Source: Candidatus Aenigmatarchaeota archaeon (GTDB lineage Archaea; Aenigmatarchaeota; Aenigmatarchaeia; QMZP01; QMZT01). From it: DNA of 64,000 nucleotides. The position numbers were made by a program, and so were the translations under genes. Below are positions 1-9,718 of the stretch, piece by piece. Location: contig CAVSBQ010000002.1 of NCBI GenBank assembly GCA_963726265.1, forward strand, positions 608,001-672,000, written 5' to 3'. The notes beneath the pieces are model-generated. The model was not told the origin of the DNA. It searched no databases and saw nothing but the letters and a program-made list of their open reading frames with translations. The stretch's first letter is position 1; each line of letters begins with the position of its first letter.

Positions 1-81
1 AATGACTTCCAGCTCGATGCGGCATTCAGAACCGGGAAGATATTTAATTACAGCTGGATGGACATGGATTTCATAACCTAG
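1..81 (+). CDS. 3' end of an unidentified CDS truncated by the window edge
   Basis: Frame 1 is open from base 1 (NDFQLDAAFRTGKIFNYSWMDMDFIT) to TAG at 79-81 and converges on the next gene. Confidence 0.4.
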   Translation, partial: NDFQLDAAFRTGKIFNYSWMDMDFIT

Positions 82-963
82 TTATAGCCTTGGGTTCGCT
101 TTTTTGAAAGCGCTTATTATCTCACAAATTATATCGCTTATCCTTTTCATGTTCTCAAAGGTTTGCGCCCCCAGATGGGGCGTGAGCAGCACATTCTCCA
201 AGGAAAGCAGCGGTGAGCCTGCCGGCGGCTCCTGCTGATAGACGTCGAGACCAGCATATCTTACCTTTCCGGATTTGAGCGCCTCGGCAAGGTCGTTTTC
301 ATTCACCAGTTTCCCTCTTGCGGTGTTAATCAGGACGACCCCGTCCTTCATTTTCTTTATGGTCTTCCTGTTTATCATTTCCTGCGTCTCGTCCGTGAGC
401 GGGACGTGGAGCGATATGAAATCCGACCGCTTCAAAACCTCGTCAAGCGACACGATCTCAGCGTATTCGCATGGCCTGCTGCTTTTTTCACAGCCTATGA
501 CATTCATGCCGAACGCCTTCGCGCGCTTCGCGACCTCGGTTCCTATCCTGCCGAGCCCGATTATCCCCAGCGTCTTGCCGCAGAGCTCGCTGCCTTTCAT
601 GCCCTTCTCCCACTGGCCGCTTTTCATGGAATTGTGCGCTTTCACGATGTTCCTAGCTATGCTAAGCATGAAGGCGAACGCCAGCTCGGCGACTGCGGTG
701 GTTGAGGCCTCTGGCGTGCCCTTGACTATTATGCCTTTTTTATCGCAGTAATCAACGTCTATGTTGTCGAGGCCGACGCCGCCGCGTATCACCATCTTCA
801 ATTTTTTTGCGCTGTCAATGAAAGCCCTGTCGGCCTTTGTCGCGCTCCTAACCAGAACTACATCGGCATCCGGGATTTCTTTTTTGTCTTCCGTCACATT
901 ACCGAACTCCCTGAGTCTTTGCGGAAGGTCCTTTGAAAATGGATCGGATATTAATATTTTCAT
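82..963 (-). CDS. serA: D-3-phosphoglycerate dehydrogenase-like D-2-hydroxyacid dehydrogenase (no ACT domain)
   Basis: VRSATK, RGGVGLDNID, GIIGLGRIG Rossmann motif, INTARG, LDVY, TPHLGA. Confidence 0.85.
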   Translation of the reverse strand: MKILISDPFSKDLPQRLREFGNVTEDKKEIPDADVVLVRSATKADRAFIDSAKKLKMVIRGGVGLDNIDVDYCDKKGIIVKGTPEASTTAVAELAFAFMLSIARNIVKAHNSMKSGQWEKGMKGSELCGKTLGIIGLGRIGTEVAKRAKAFGMNVIGCEKSSRPCEYAEIVSLDEVLKRSDFISLHVPLTDETQEMINRKTIKKMKDGVVLINTARGKLVNENDLAEALKSGKVRYAGLDVYQQEPPAGSPLLSLENVLLTPHLGAQTFENMKRISDIICEIISAFKKANPRL

Positions 964-2049
964 TCAGCCGCCTCCGAGTATTTCGTCTATCATTCCAAGG
1001 AGCTCCTTTATCTCGCCGGGCTGCGTGTCGCCCATGTGCGCGATGCGGAATGTCTTCTCCTTCAGTTTACCATAACCATCGCTGATGGTCACTCCCCGTT
1101 CCACGAGCTTCTTGTTGAGGTCAGACACGTTTATGCCTTTGCTATTGGTGACCGCGGTGAGCGTGTCCGATTCGTAGCCTTTCTCCGCGAAGAGTTCGAA
1201 ACTCCTCGCGAGCGCCCATTTCCTAACGTAGTCTGCCATTCTTCTGTGGCGCTCGAAGCGGTTTTCCATGCCCTCTTTGAGCATCTTGTCCAACTGCAGG
1301 TTGAGCCCGTATATCTGCGGTATCGCGGGCGTCGACGGCGTCTGGTTCTTTTCGGCAAATTTTTTGAACGTGAAAAAGTCGAAGTAATAGCCGCGATTTT
1401 TTATTTTTTCGGCGCGCTCATACGCCTTCTTGCTGACCGTGAAAATCGCCAGCCCTGGCGGGAGCGCGAAGGCCTTCTGCACGCTCGCGAGGCAGACATC
1501 GATGCCGAGCCTGTCGACTTCTAATTTCATGCCCGTGAGCGAACTCACGGCATCAACCATGAAAATCACGTCGGGATATTTTTTCATGACTTTCGCGACG
1601 TCGTAAAGCGGATTCGCCACTCCAGTGCTTGTCTCGTTGTGCACGAAAAGCAGCGAGTCGTACTCGCCTGTCGCGAGCTTTTCGTCAATCATCTCAGGCT
1701 TTATGGCCCTGCCCCACTGGACCTCGATTTTGTCAGCCTGCTTGCCGTTGGCGAGCGCCACCGTGTGCCAGCTTTCGGAGAAGGCGCCGTTCACGCAGGC
1801 CAGCGCTTTTTTTGCGACGCAGTTCCTTACGCAGCCTTCCCACACGCCCGTCGCCGACGATGTCGAAAGGAACGAGTCATTTGCCGTGTAAAGGACTTTC
1901 TTGAGCTTCGCTGTCGTGTCGACAAAAAGGTCCTGGAACGCGCTGCTGCGGTGGCCTATGACCGGCCTTGCCATTTCCTTCAGAACATCCGGATATACTT
2001 CGACGGGGCCAGGTATGAACAGCTTTACGTGTTTTTCCCAGCTTTTCAT
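964..2049 (-). CDS. Class V PLP aminotransferase (serine-pyruvate/phosphoserine aminotransferase-like)
   Basis: LFIPGPV, VHNETSTG, VDAVSS, SVQKAFALPPG, FRIAHMG; start placed at MKSWEK after a GGTGA RBS. Confidence 0.85.
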   Translation of the reverse strand: MKSWEKHVKLFIPGPVEVYPDVLKEMARPVIGHRSSAFQDLFVDTTAKLKKVLYTANDSFLSTSSATGVWEGCVRNCVAKKALACVNGAFSESWHTVALANGKQADKIEVQWGRAIKPEMIDEKLATGEYDSLLFVHNETSTGVANPLYDVAKVMKKYPDVIFMVDAVSSLTGMKLEVDRLGIDVCLASVQKAFALPPGLAIFTVSKKAYERAEKIKNRGYYFDFFTFKKFAEKNQTPSTPAIPQIYGLNLQLDKMLKEGMENRFERHRRMADYVRKWALARSFELFAEKGYESDTLTAVTNSKGINVSDLNKKLVERGVTISDGYGKLKEKTFRIAHMGDTQPGEIKELLGMIDEILGGG

Positions 2050-2107
2050 GGCATCACCCTTTGGCGCGGATAAAGGTCTTTCCCCAGACTTATATTCGGC
2101 CGTGTTC

Positions 2108-3421
2108 TTAAAAATTCCGTTCTCCGTTCTCAAACTTGTACATGACAAGGCCGTTGTAGACCTTGGGATAATAGCAGGTTGATTTCGGAGGCACCATCTC
2201 TCCTTTTTCCGCTATGACCTTTATGGTCTCAGTGGAAACCGGGTTGACAAAAATGGCTGCCTGGCATTCCCCACTTTTAACTTTATGCAGGCAGTCAAGC
2301 ACGTGTTGCCCTATGTCCTTCACGTATTCCACGTGGCACTGCTCGCGTTCATCCGTGGTGTCAACGCCGACGATTTCCTTCAGTATTATGGAGTGCAGGA
2401 TGTTCATGTCGAAGCTTTTCCACTCGTCGGATTTCCCTGCAGCATCCATGTATTTCTCGCTCTTGATTTTGAGAACATGCAGTTTTCCGCCGCCCACGTA
2501 AAGGCCGAATTTGTGCTCGTGTTTTTTCTCTGCGAGTTTGGCCAGCAGCTTTCTCATTTCTTCGATCCCGCAACAGTCGTTGAATTCGATTGTTTCTATG
2601 TCAAACTTTGCCTTCAGTTTTTCTAATATCTTTTCGCTGTCGAAATCCTTCACGCCTTTGATGAGCCTGTGCGTGGGGAGAACGAGTAGGCCTTTGTTGC
2701 TGGCGTTCACCATCAGCATTGAATTGTATTTCGCGCCTTCGTCATCCGGATGGCTTCTGCTGTATTCAAGATGTATCTTGTATCTGTGATGGCCGTCGGC
2801 AATCAGGAGTTTTTTATCCTTCATGAGCTCTGTTATTGCGTTTATGGTTCTTTCGTCCGTTATGGCCCAGAGCATATGCCTGACGCCTTCATATGCCGTG
2901 AAAAAATCCATGACAGGCCCGCTTTTTTTCGCGGCCTCCAAAATGGCCTCGATTTTTTTCTGCGGGTCGGAATAGAGCGAAAATATGAGGCCGAAGTTCG
3001 CTCTTGTCTTTTCCAGCAGGACTTTCCTGTTGATCAAGGCCTCGTACAGGGTGAGCTCGTGCGGGAATATGTTCTTGCCGAAGGCCTCGAGCTCGATTAA
3101 TGATATGAAGCCCGTTCTTTCCATTGGTTTGCCGTTTATCTCGAATTGCTGCGAATAAACGTAAATGGAAGGCTTCTCGTCTTTTTTTATGTAGCGTTTT
3201 TTTATCCAGGCCTCGAAAAGCCTTGCTGAATACTCATATCTTTCGCCGTTGTTCTTGCCGATGCCGCCAAGCACCACGCGGATTATGTTGTAGTCTGAAA
3301 TGTTGATGAAAATGTCCCTGAATTCCTTGTTATTAAGCTCATATGGCGGAAAAACGGCCCTGCTTACGTCGACCCTGTCCGGGTCGTAATGGTATGCTTT
3401 GAAGGGCCGGATTTTTACCAT
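2108..3421 (-). CDS. DUF1015 family protein (ParB/SerK-like fold)
   Basis: MVKIRPFK, PPY, PHELT, LIADGHHRY, LPTHR, PPKSTCYYPK..GLV. Confidence 0.85.
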   Translation of the reverse strand: MVKIRPFKAYHYDPDRVDVSRAVFPPYELNNKEFRDIFINISDYNIIRVVLGGIGKNNGERYEYSARLFEAWIKKRYIKKDEKPSIYVYSQQFEINGKPMERTGFISLIELEAFGKNIFPHELTLYEALINRKVLLEKTRANFGLIFSLYSDPQKKIEAILEAAKKSGPVMDFFTAYEGVRHMLWAITDERTINAITELMKDKKLLIADGHHRYKIHLEYSRSHPDDEGAKYNSMLMVNASNKGLLVLPTHRLIKGVKDFDSEKILEKLKAKFDIETIEFNDCCGIEEMRKLLAKLAEKKHEHKFGLYVGGGKLHVLKIKSEKYMDAAGKSDEWKSFDMNILHSIILKEIVGVDTTDEREQCHVEYVKDIGQHVLDCLHKVKSGECQAAIFVNPVSTETIKVIAEKGEMVPPKSTCYYPKVYNGLVMYKFENGERNF

Positions 3422-3449
3422 AGTAATCCATGTTTGTTTTACTTAAATA

Positions 3450-3473
3450 TTTTGTGCGCAGCGGCGCACAAAA
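3450..3473. terminator. Perfect 10-bp hairpin, possible terminator
   Basis: TTTTGTGCGC-AGCG-GCGCACAAAA just downstream of the DUF35 gene. Confidence 0.4.
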
Positions 3474-3485
3474 CACAAAAATGTC

Positions 3486-3890
3486 CTAAACGGGCTTGAA
3501 CTTGAAGCCGTAAAGAACGAGGCCTGTCGCATTCTCGCTTCTTATGCGGCGGAAACATGATTTGACCTGCATCCCGATTTTCACGTCATTCGGGTCGCAG
3601 TCAACCACCTGCGACAAAACCTTTGCGCCCTCCTCAAGCTCGACTATGGCTATTATGTAAGGCGCAAATTCCTTGAAGCCCTCCGGAGGCGCGCGGACTA
3701 TGGTGTAGGAATAAACTTTACCCTTCCCGGAAAAGGTGATGTCCTTCACGTGCCCTGCCCTTCTGCAGTGCGGGCAGATGACCCTTATCGGGTAAAATGA
3801 TTTTTTACAGTGGTTGCATCTCGAGCCGATAAGCCGGTATCTCTCCCTGAACCTTCTCCAGTGGAACGGGACTGCGAATTCTTTTGTCAT
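3486..3890 (-). CDS. DUF35 Zn-ribbon/OB-fold scaffold of the thiolase-HMG-CoA synthase complex
   Basis: LIGSRCNHC..YP...CPHC, GKVYSYT, PYIIAIVELEEG, YGFKFKP; directly follows the thiolase. Confidence 0.9.
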   Translation of the reverse strand: MTKEFAVPFHWRRFRERYRLIGSRCNHCKKSFYPIRVICPHCRRAGHVKDITFSGKGKVYSYTIVRAPPEGFKEFAPYIIAIVELEEGAKVLSQVVDCDPNDVKIGMQVKSCFRRIRSENATGLVLYGFKFKPV

Positions 3891-3934
3891 ATATTCTCAA
3901 CCTAATTTTGCCGAAATAATTGATTATTTCAGCT

Positions 3935-5122
3935 TTATTTTTTGTTTGACAGGATGTGGACCGTTACTGTCGCGCCTGAGCCGCCGACATTGTGGGCCAG
4001 GCCCGTCTCGGCATTTTTGACTTGGCGCTTGCCTGCATCGCCTCTCAACTGCATTACTATTTCCGCTATCTGCGCCACGCCGGTCGCTCCCACAGGATGG
4101 CCTTTCGCCTTCAGCCCGCCGGAAGTGTTGACCGGTATTTTGCCTCCCATTGCCGTCTGGCCGCTTTCTACCAGTTTTCCTCCATTGCCTTTCTCCGTGA
4201 AGCCGAGATCTTCGTAAGCGCATATTTCGGCAATGGTAAAGCAGTCATGGACCTCCGCGAGGTCTATGTTTTTATGCGTAATCTTCGCCCGGCGGTAAGC
4301 CTCTCTTGCCGCGTGGACGGTTGCATCAAGTGTCGTTATGCTGCGCCTTGAAAATAAGCTGAGGGTGTCAGATGCCTGCGCCGATGCCTTTATGTAAATC
4401 GGCGTGTCCGTGTATTTTTTCGCGATATCCGCCGGCGCGAGTATTATGGTTGCTGCGCCGTCCGTCAGCGGAGAGCAGTCGAGAAGGCGTAACGGATCCG
4501 CGACCATGGCCGACTTTTCGACGTCCTCAACGGTTATTTTGTTCCTGTATTGGGCAAAGGGGTTGTGCATCGCATGGGCGTGGTTTTTTACCGCGACCAT
4601 GGAAAGCTGCCTCCTCGTCGTGCCGAAATCATGCATGTGTCTCCTGGCTATCAGCGCATATATGGCCGGGAAAGTCGCACCGAAATACGCCTCGGTTTCG
4701 TAGTCCATCGCGCCGGAAAGCGCGGTCGTTGCCTGTGGACCGTAAACGTCGGTCATCTTCTCGACCCCGCCGACTGCAACAACGTCATACATGCCGGAAG
4801 CGACCGCGAGATATCCGACCCTTACTGCGAGCCCGCCTGAGCTGCACGCGCCTTCAGTCCTTATAGCTGGTATGGGATTAAGACCGAGATAATCAGCAAG
4901 AAGGCCTGCCCCGTGCTCCTGTCCGGCGAACAGGCCGCCCGACATGTTGCCTCCAACGACGAGCTGTATGTTTTCGCCGCTTATGCCTGCATCCTCGACT
5001 GCCTTTATGCCCGCTTCGACCGCGAGCTCCTTGAGGCCCATGTGCCAGTGTTCGCCGAATTTTGTCAGGCCGATGCCTATGATGGCGACATTTCTCACAG
5101 GCTTAAGATGGTTCAAGTTCAT
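3935..5122 (-). CDS. Acetyl-CoA acetyltransferase (archaeal thiolase)
   Basis: [42 protein letters not shown]. Confidence 0.93.
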   Translation of the reverse strand: MNLNHLKPVRNVAIIGIGLTKFGEHWHMGLKELAVEAGIKAVEDAGISGENIQLVVGGNMSGGLFAGQEHGAGLLADYLGLNPIPAIRTEGACSSGGLAVRVGYLAVASGMYDVVAVGGVEKMTDVYGPQATTALSGAMDYETEAYFGATFPAIYALIARRHMHDFGTTRRQLSMVAVKNHAHAMHNPFAQYRNKITVEDVEKSAMVADPLRLLDCSPLTDGAATIILAPADIAKKYTDTPIYIKASAQASDTLSLFSRRSITTLDATVHAAREAYRRAKITHKNIDLAEVHDCFTIAEICAYEDLGFTEKGNGGKLVESGQTAMGGKIPVNTSGGLKAKGHPVGATGVAQIAEIVMQLRGDAGKRQVKNAETGLAHNVGGSGATVTVHILSNKK

Positions 5123-6162
5123 GCATTCACACCCTTTATCTTTCTCCTGAACTTAATGTATTCGGCATAGTCAAGATATCTCCTGTTCTTGAGCGTCTCG
5201 TCGACTGATATCGCCTTTTTTCTCGCCCTGAGAATTTTATTTGTCACGAGTATGGAGAATGAGTCAGAGCCAGCGCCGGAACCGAACGATGTCACCATTA
5301 TCCTGTCGCCTGGCTTCGCTATGTCAAGAACCCTTGCAAGGCCTATCAGCGTTGCAGCAGAATAGGTATTGCCTATCATGGGGACAAGCAAGCCCGGCAT
5401 GACCTTTTCGGCCGGCACCCCGAGCATTCTCGCGGCTGCAAGCGGGAACTTTGAATTGGGCTGGTGAAAGACAAAATAATCGAAATCGCCGACTTTCCTG
5501 CCGGTTTTTTTGAGCAGGCCGTTCGTAGCCGAAAGAACGTGCTTGAAATAAGCCGGCTCTCCGGTGAAGCGGCCGCCATGGCGCGGGAAGTCTTCGCCTT
5601 CGCGCCTCCAGAAATCGGGCGTGTCCGTCGTGAATGAATAGGTTTCCTCTATTTCCGCTATGACGTTTTCCATGCCGATTATGTAGGCCCCGGCGCCGGC
5701 CGCGGCCGTGTATTCAAGCTCGTCACCTGGACGCCCCTGCGCCGTGTCTGAACCTATGGCAAGGCCGTATTTTATCCTGCGCGACTCGGCGAGGCCCATG
5801 CACATCTGGATGCCTGCGGTCCCGGCCTTGCATGCAAATTCCAGGTCGGCGGCAGTCATCTCCGGTGTGGCGCCGATGGCTTCGGCGACGATGGACGCCG
5901 TCGGCTTTACAACATACGGGTGGCTTTCGCTTCCGACGTAAACCGCGCCTATCAGCAGCGGATTTATGCCTGCGACCGCTAGGGCGCGCAGGCTGGCTTC
6001 GACCGCCATGGTAGCGGCATCCTCGTCAGGACCAGGCACGCTTTTTTCCTCGAGGAGGCCCTTGAGCCGTTCGGGATCGGAGCCCCATATCCTTGCTATG
6101 TTTGCTGATTTTATTCTCCAATGGGGGACATACGCCCCATATCCAATGATGCCGACTTTCAT
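5119..6162 (-). CDS. Hydroxymethylglutaryl-CoA synthase
   Basis: GSESHPY, EFACKAG (catalytic Cys), [24 protein letters not shown] overlap with thiolase. Confidence 0.93.
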   Translation of the reverse strand: MKVGIIGYGAYVPHWRIKSANIARIWGSDPERLKGLLEEKSVPGPDEDAATMAVEASLRALAVAGINPLLIGAVYVGSESHPYVVKPTASIVAEAIGATPEMTAADLEFACKAGTAGIQMCMGLAESRRIKYGLAIGSDTAQGRPGDELEYTAAAGAGAYIIGMENVIAEIEETYSFTTDTPDFWRREGEDFPRHGGRFTGEPAYFKHVLSATNGLLKKTGRKVGDFDYFVFHQPNSKFPLAAARMLGVPAEKVMPGLLVPMIGNTYSAATLIGLARVLDIAKPGDRIMVTSFGSGAGSDSFSILVTNKILRARKKAISVDETLKNRRYLDYAEYIKFRRKIKGVNA

Positions 6163-6299
6163 AAAAACTCCGTATTAAACCCCGTATTAAATAAAAGGTT
6201 AGTGACGGCTTTTAAACCTTTCAATGCTCCTTCGGCAATAGACGTTTAATGCGGCAGAATATGGGATAATTTTAAATAAACCCCCGACATTAACCATGT

Positions 6300-8615
6300 A
6301 TGGACGCTAGGGACAGCCTTAAAAAAAATTACTGGGTACTTGCCCTTCTTGTAATTTTTCTGATGGCATGGTATATACGCTGCATACCTGGCACGAAGCT
6401 TGTGTATCCGCAGCTGCTTGAAATCGACACGCATTATTTCCTCAGGCTCGGCGAATACATCATAGAAAACGGGACGCTGCCGCAGGGCGATGCCATAGCC
6501 GGATGGGGCACGATTTCAGGCGGCCCCGACAGGAACCAGGCCGAACTCGTTGCGCTGTGGACGTATCCGCTTTTTTATTTCATGCTGCATCCTCTCCTGC
6601 CTAGTATAACGCTCTACTGGATAGGCGTATGGGTCCCCGCATTCCTCGGGGCGCTGCAGGTTTTGTTCATGTTTTTCCTGGGCAAGGAGCTTTTCAACAG
6701 CAGGAAGATAGGCCTTCTCTCGGCGGCGTTTCTCGCCTTCGCTCCCGGTATACTTTACAGGTCGTCCGCTGGCTGGATGGAGAAGGAGGCAATAGCCGGC
6801 ATTTTCATAGTGCTCGGCTTTTACTTCTTCGTCAAAAGCTTCAAGGAGAAGGACATCCGGAAGGATGCCAGCTGGCAATACATATTATCGCATCCTTTCT
6901 CGGCCTTCGACAAAATAAAACTTGATGATGAAAAAATCAAGACCATAAAAACAGCGGCATACGGATTCGTGTCCGGGTTTTTCTTCACGTTGCTTGCCGG
7001 GACGTCGGGTCAGGTCAGGATTTCGCTGCTGCTGCTTGCAGGCGCCGTGATGCTTTCGCTTATACTCAATAAATATTCCAAAACGCTGCTTTATGCGCAC
7101 TTCTCCACTTTCATTTCGTATTACATCATGTCCAGGGCCTTTGCGGTTTCACCGGGCTTAACGGACGTTGATACGATTATGAATATCGCAGTGATGGCAT
7201 TCCTGCTGATAAGATACGGCGTTGAAAGGTTCAAAGTCGTGGAGGAAAAATACCTGCCGCTTGTCGTGCCAGCCCTGGTTGTCGCTGGCATTTTTGCGAC
7301 AGGAATTATCTCTTACGTATATACGGATGTGGGCCATTGGGTCGGCGATATTCTGGAGAGGGTAACCAATCCGATGACGCTTGGCGTGATACCATCGACC
7401 GTTGCCGAATCCCAGAGCGTGGGGCATTTCTTCGAGGACTCGCTTTCAAACTTCGGAACGGGCTATGCAGTGAGCGCCCTCCAGTGGCCGCAGTTCATGC
7501 TGTATTTTTCGGGCATATACCTGGCGATTCTTGGCGTCATGCTCATGTGCTATGAATTCGCATTCAAGAAAAGGAATGTTGAAAACATTCTGGTTGCAGT
7601 GATGTTCATTATCACCCTCATTCTTGCAATAGGCGCCGCCAGGCTCGCGTTCCAGTTCGTGTTCCCTTTCGCGATTGCTGCGGGCTACTTCCTTGTAAGA
7701 GGCGGGAGCTACGTTCTGGAAGGCAGCAAGAAGGTTGTGAAAAGCGACAAGGGACAGCAGTATGTAAAAATCACCGGCGGCGTCCTGATAGGCGTCATCA
7801 TGGTGACGAGCTTCGCATCGGCATGGGTGATGGCCAACAATATAGTGACCCCGCTGACCGACGACTTCTACCAGGCCATGGTCTGGCTGAAAGACAATAC
7901 ACCAAACAGGGCTGTCCTTCTCGAGTGGTGGGATTACGGCTGGTGGTACCAATACATAGCCCAGAAAACGACCCTTGTGGACGGCGGTTATCACGATCAG
8001 GTGCCAACACAGGACATTGCCCAATTTTATACCAACCCGTTGTCCGACAGAAGTCTCAGCTTCCTGAAGAATTATACCGTTGATTACGTCATGGTTTCAT
8101 CGGATCTTATACCCAAATTCGGCGCGATGTCGAAGATAGCCAATTGGGGCGCGAAAGTGGACGTGCTTCCGACGTTCAGCCTGGTGCAGAATTACCAAGA
8201 AGGCGACAAGATCCTTCTTGAGTATGGCGGCGACGGCCAGACCATCCTTGTCGCATACTCCGTTGAGCAGAACGGGAACGAGAGCACACTCAAAAACATA
8301 ACCGCCTTGGTAAAGATGACGCAGGGACAGGCATATGTGAGAGACGTAGGCATAGGCAACCAGATAATAAGGAGCGACAAGCCGAACACGATACCCGGCA
8401 TGGTATACTTTGCCGGGAATGCCGTGGTATTCATACCCGATGCGGTCGAGGACTGCACCTTCGTGAGGCTTTTCCTTTTCAACGGCGCCGGCATGGAGAA
8501 TTATTTTGAAAAGGTTTATGACAACCTTGGCATAAAGATTTACAAGGTCGAGTATGAAAATTTCCCGGCAAATGTAACAAGCCAGTATGTAAACACTGCT
8601 TTTCTGACTGACTGA
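6300..8615 (+). CDS. aglB: Oligosaccharyltransferase STT3/AglB
   Basis: Multi-TM N-terminus, EIDTHYFLR, EKE, TVAES, WWDYG and downstream D-G motif. Confidence 0.92.
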   Translation: MDARDSLKKNYWVLALLVIFLMAWYIRCIPGTKLVYPQLLEIDTHYFLRLGEYIIENGTLPQGDAIAGWGTISGGPDRNQAELVALWTYPLFYFMLHPLLPSITLYWIGVWVPAFLGALQVLFMFFLGKELFNSRKIGLLSAAFLAFAPGILYRSSAGWMEKEAIAGIFIVLGFYFFVKSFKEKDIRKDASWQYILSHPFSAFDKIKLDDEKIKTIKTAAYGFVSGFFFTLLAGTSGQVRISLLLLAGAVMLSLILNKYSKTLLYAHFSTFISYYIMSRAFAVSPGLTDVDTIMNIAVMAFLLIRYGVERFKVVEEKYLPLVVPALVVAGIFATGIISYVYTDVGHWVGDILERVTNPMTLGVIPSTVAESQSVGHFFEDSLSNFGTGYAVSALQWPQFMLYFSGIYLAILGVMLMCYEFAFKKRNVENILVAVMFIITLILAIGAARLAFQFVFPFAIAAGYFLVRGGSYVLEGSKKVVKSDKGQQYVKITGGVLIGVIMVTSFASAWVMANNIVTPLTDDFYQAMVWLKDNTPNRAVLLEWWDYGWWYQYIAQKTTLVDGGYHDQVPTQDIAQFYTNPLSDRSLSFLKNYTVDYVMVSSDLIPKFGAMSKIANWGAKVDVLPTFSLVQNYQEGDKILLEYGGDGQTILVAYSVEQNGNESTLKNITALVKMTQGQAYVRDVGIGNQIIRSDKPNTIPGMVYFAGNAVVFIPDAVEDCTFVRLFLFNGAGMENYFEKVYDNLGIKIYKVEYENFPANVTSQYVNTAFLTD

Positions 8616-8630
8616 CAACAAGCGCAAAAA

Positions 8631-9638
8631 CTATACGAAAAGGAACGCAAGAGCGCATATTATGACCTCTGCGCATATCAGCAGCGTTGTGATTTCCCGC
8701 TCCTTCATGGGTTTTATTTTCATAAGCAGGTGCGTGAGCGAATAGGTTTTTTCATAAGGCGATGCAAGCGTCCCGTCCTTCCGCAGGTCGCCGAGGCTCC
8801 TTGCCCTGAAGCCCGAGCGCAGCTTCAGGAACGCCTCGATTATCCATGGCGTGAAAATGATTATGCCGAATTTTTCAACGTTGCCTATTATCACGATCGA
8901 CGCGAAAGCCGCGCCTATGAGATACGTTAGCGAGTCGCCGGGGAGGAATTTCGCGGGATACCAGTTCCATTTGAGGAAGGCCAGCAGCGAGAAGCAGATC
9001 ACGAAGGCCAGCAGGCTCGCCTCGAGCCTTCCCAGCATGAACGTGTATGCACCCAGCGAGAACATTGACACTATGCCTAGCCCCGTTTCGAGGCCGTTCA
9101 TGCCGGCCAGCATATTGGTGGCGTTGCTTACTGTGACGACTGCAAACGGTATGAGAATGAGCGGATAAAGCACGCCAAAATTCACGCTTCCCAGGAATGG
9201 CAGGTCCATCGTGTTCGTCCCTGCCATTATGGCCATAAGGGGTATCGCGGCCGGCAGCGTGAGCAGCGGCTTCTGCCACTGCTTCAGGCCTATCCTTATG
9301 TCCGCGAGGCCCTTGCTCCTTCTGGGGCTTTTCGAAACATTCAGGTCGTCGAGAAAGCCGATGAAAGTGACTATTATTATTGAACAGTAAGCTGCAAGTA
9401 TGTATGTAAGGTTCATGGCCAGGTGTATCAGAAACGTGTGGATGCCGATGAAGAAAAACCCCCCGAGCAAAACGCCTGTCATTACAAGTATGCCTGCCGA
9501 AGCCGCCATTTTTGGCTTTTCTTTCTTCTGCTGGTCCACTCCAACGACGCCTGCTCTCTCGAGGAATTTTTTGAGCGCCGGCGCCAGAAAAGCGACTGTG
9601 AAAAAGGAGATTAGTGCCGCGAAAACCAACGTAAGCAT
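8631..9638 (-). CDS. aglH: UDP-GlcNAc:dolichol-phosphate GlcNAc-1-P transferase (MraY/GPT family)
   Basis: GFLDD, NATNMLAGMNGLE, NWYPAKFLPGDSLTY. Confidence 0.8.
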   Translation of the reverse strand: MLTLVFAALISFFTVAFLAPALKKFLERAGVVGVDQQKKEKPKMAASAGILVMTGVLLGGFFFIGIHTFLIHLAMNLTYILAAYCSIIIVTFIGFLDDLNVSKSPRRSKGLADIRIGLKQWQKPLLTLPAAIPLMAIMAGTNTMDLPFLGSVNFGVLYPLILIPFAVVTVSNATNMLAGMNGLETGLGIVSMFSLGAYTFMLGRLEASLLAFVICFSLLAFLKWNWYPAKFLPGDSLTYLIGAAFASIVIIGNVEKFGIIIFTPWIIEAFLKLRSGFRARSLGDLRKDGTLASPYEKTYSLTHLLMKIKPMKEREITTLLICAEVIICALAFLFV

Positions 9639-9718
9639 TCACATCACGTTATTTTGTTTTTTGGTTCGGTGCTTATTAAATCATGCGTGCTTGGACATCA
9701 GGCTGAAAACCTGGCAGG

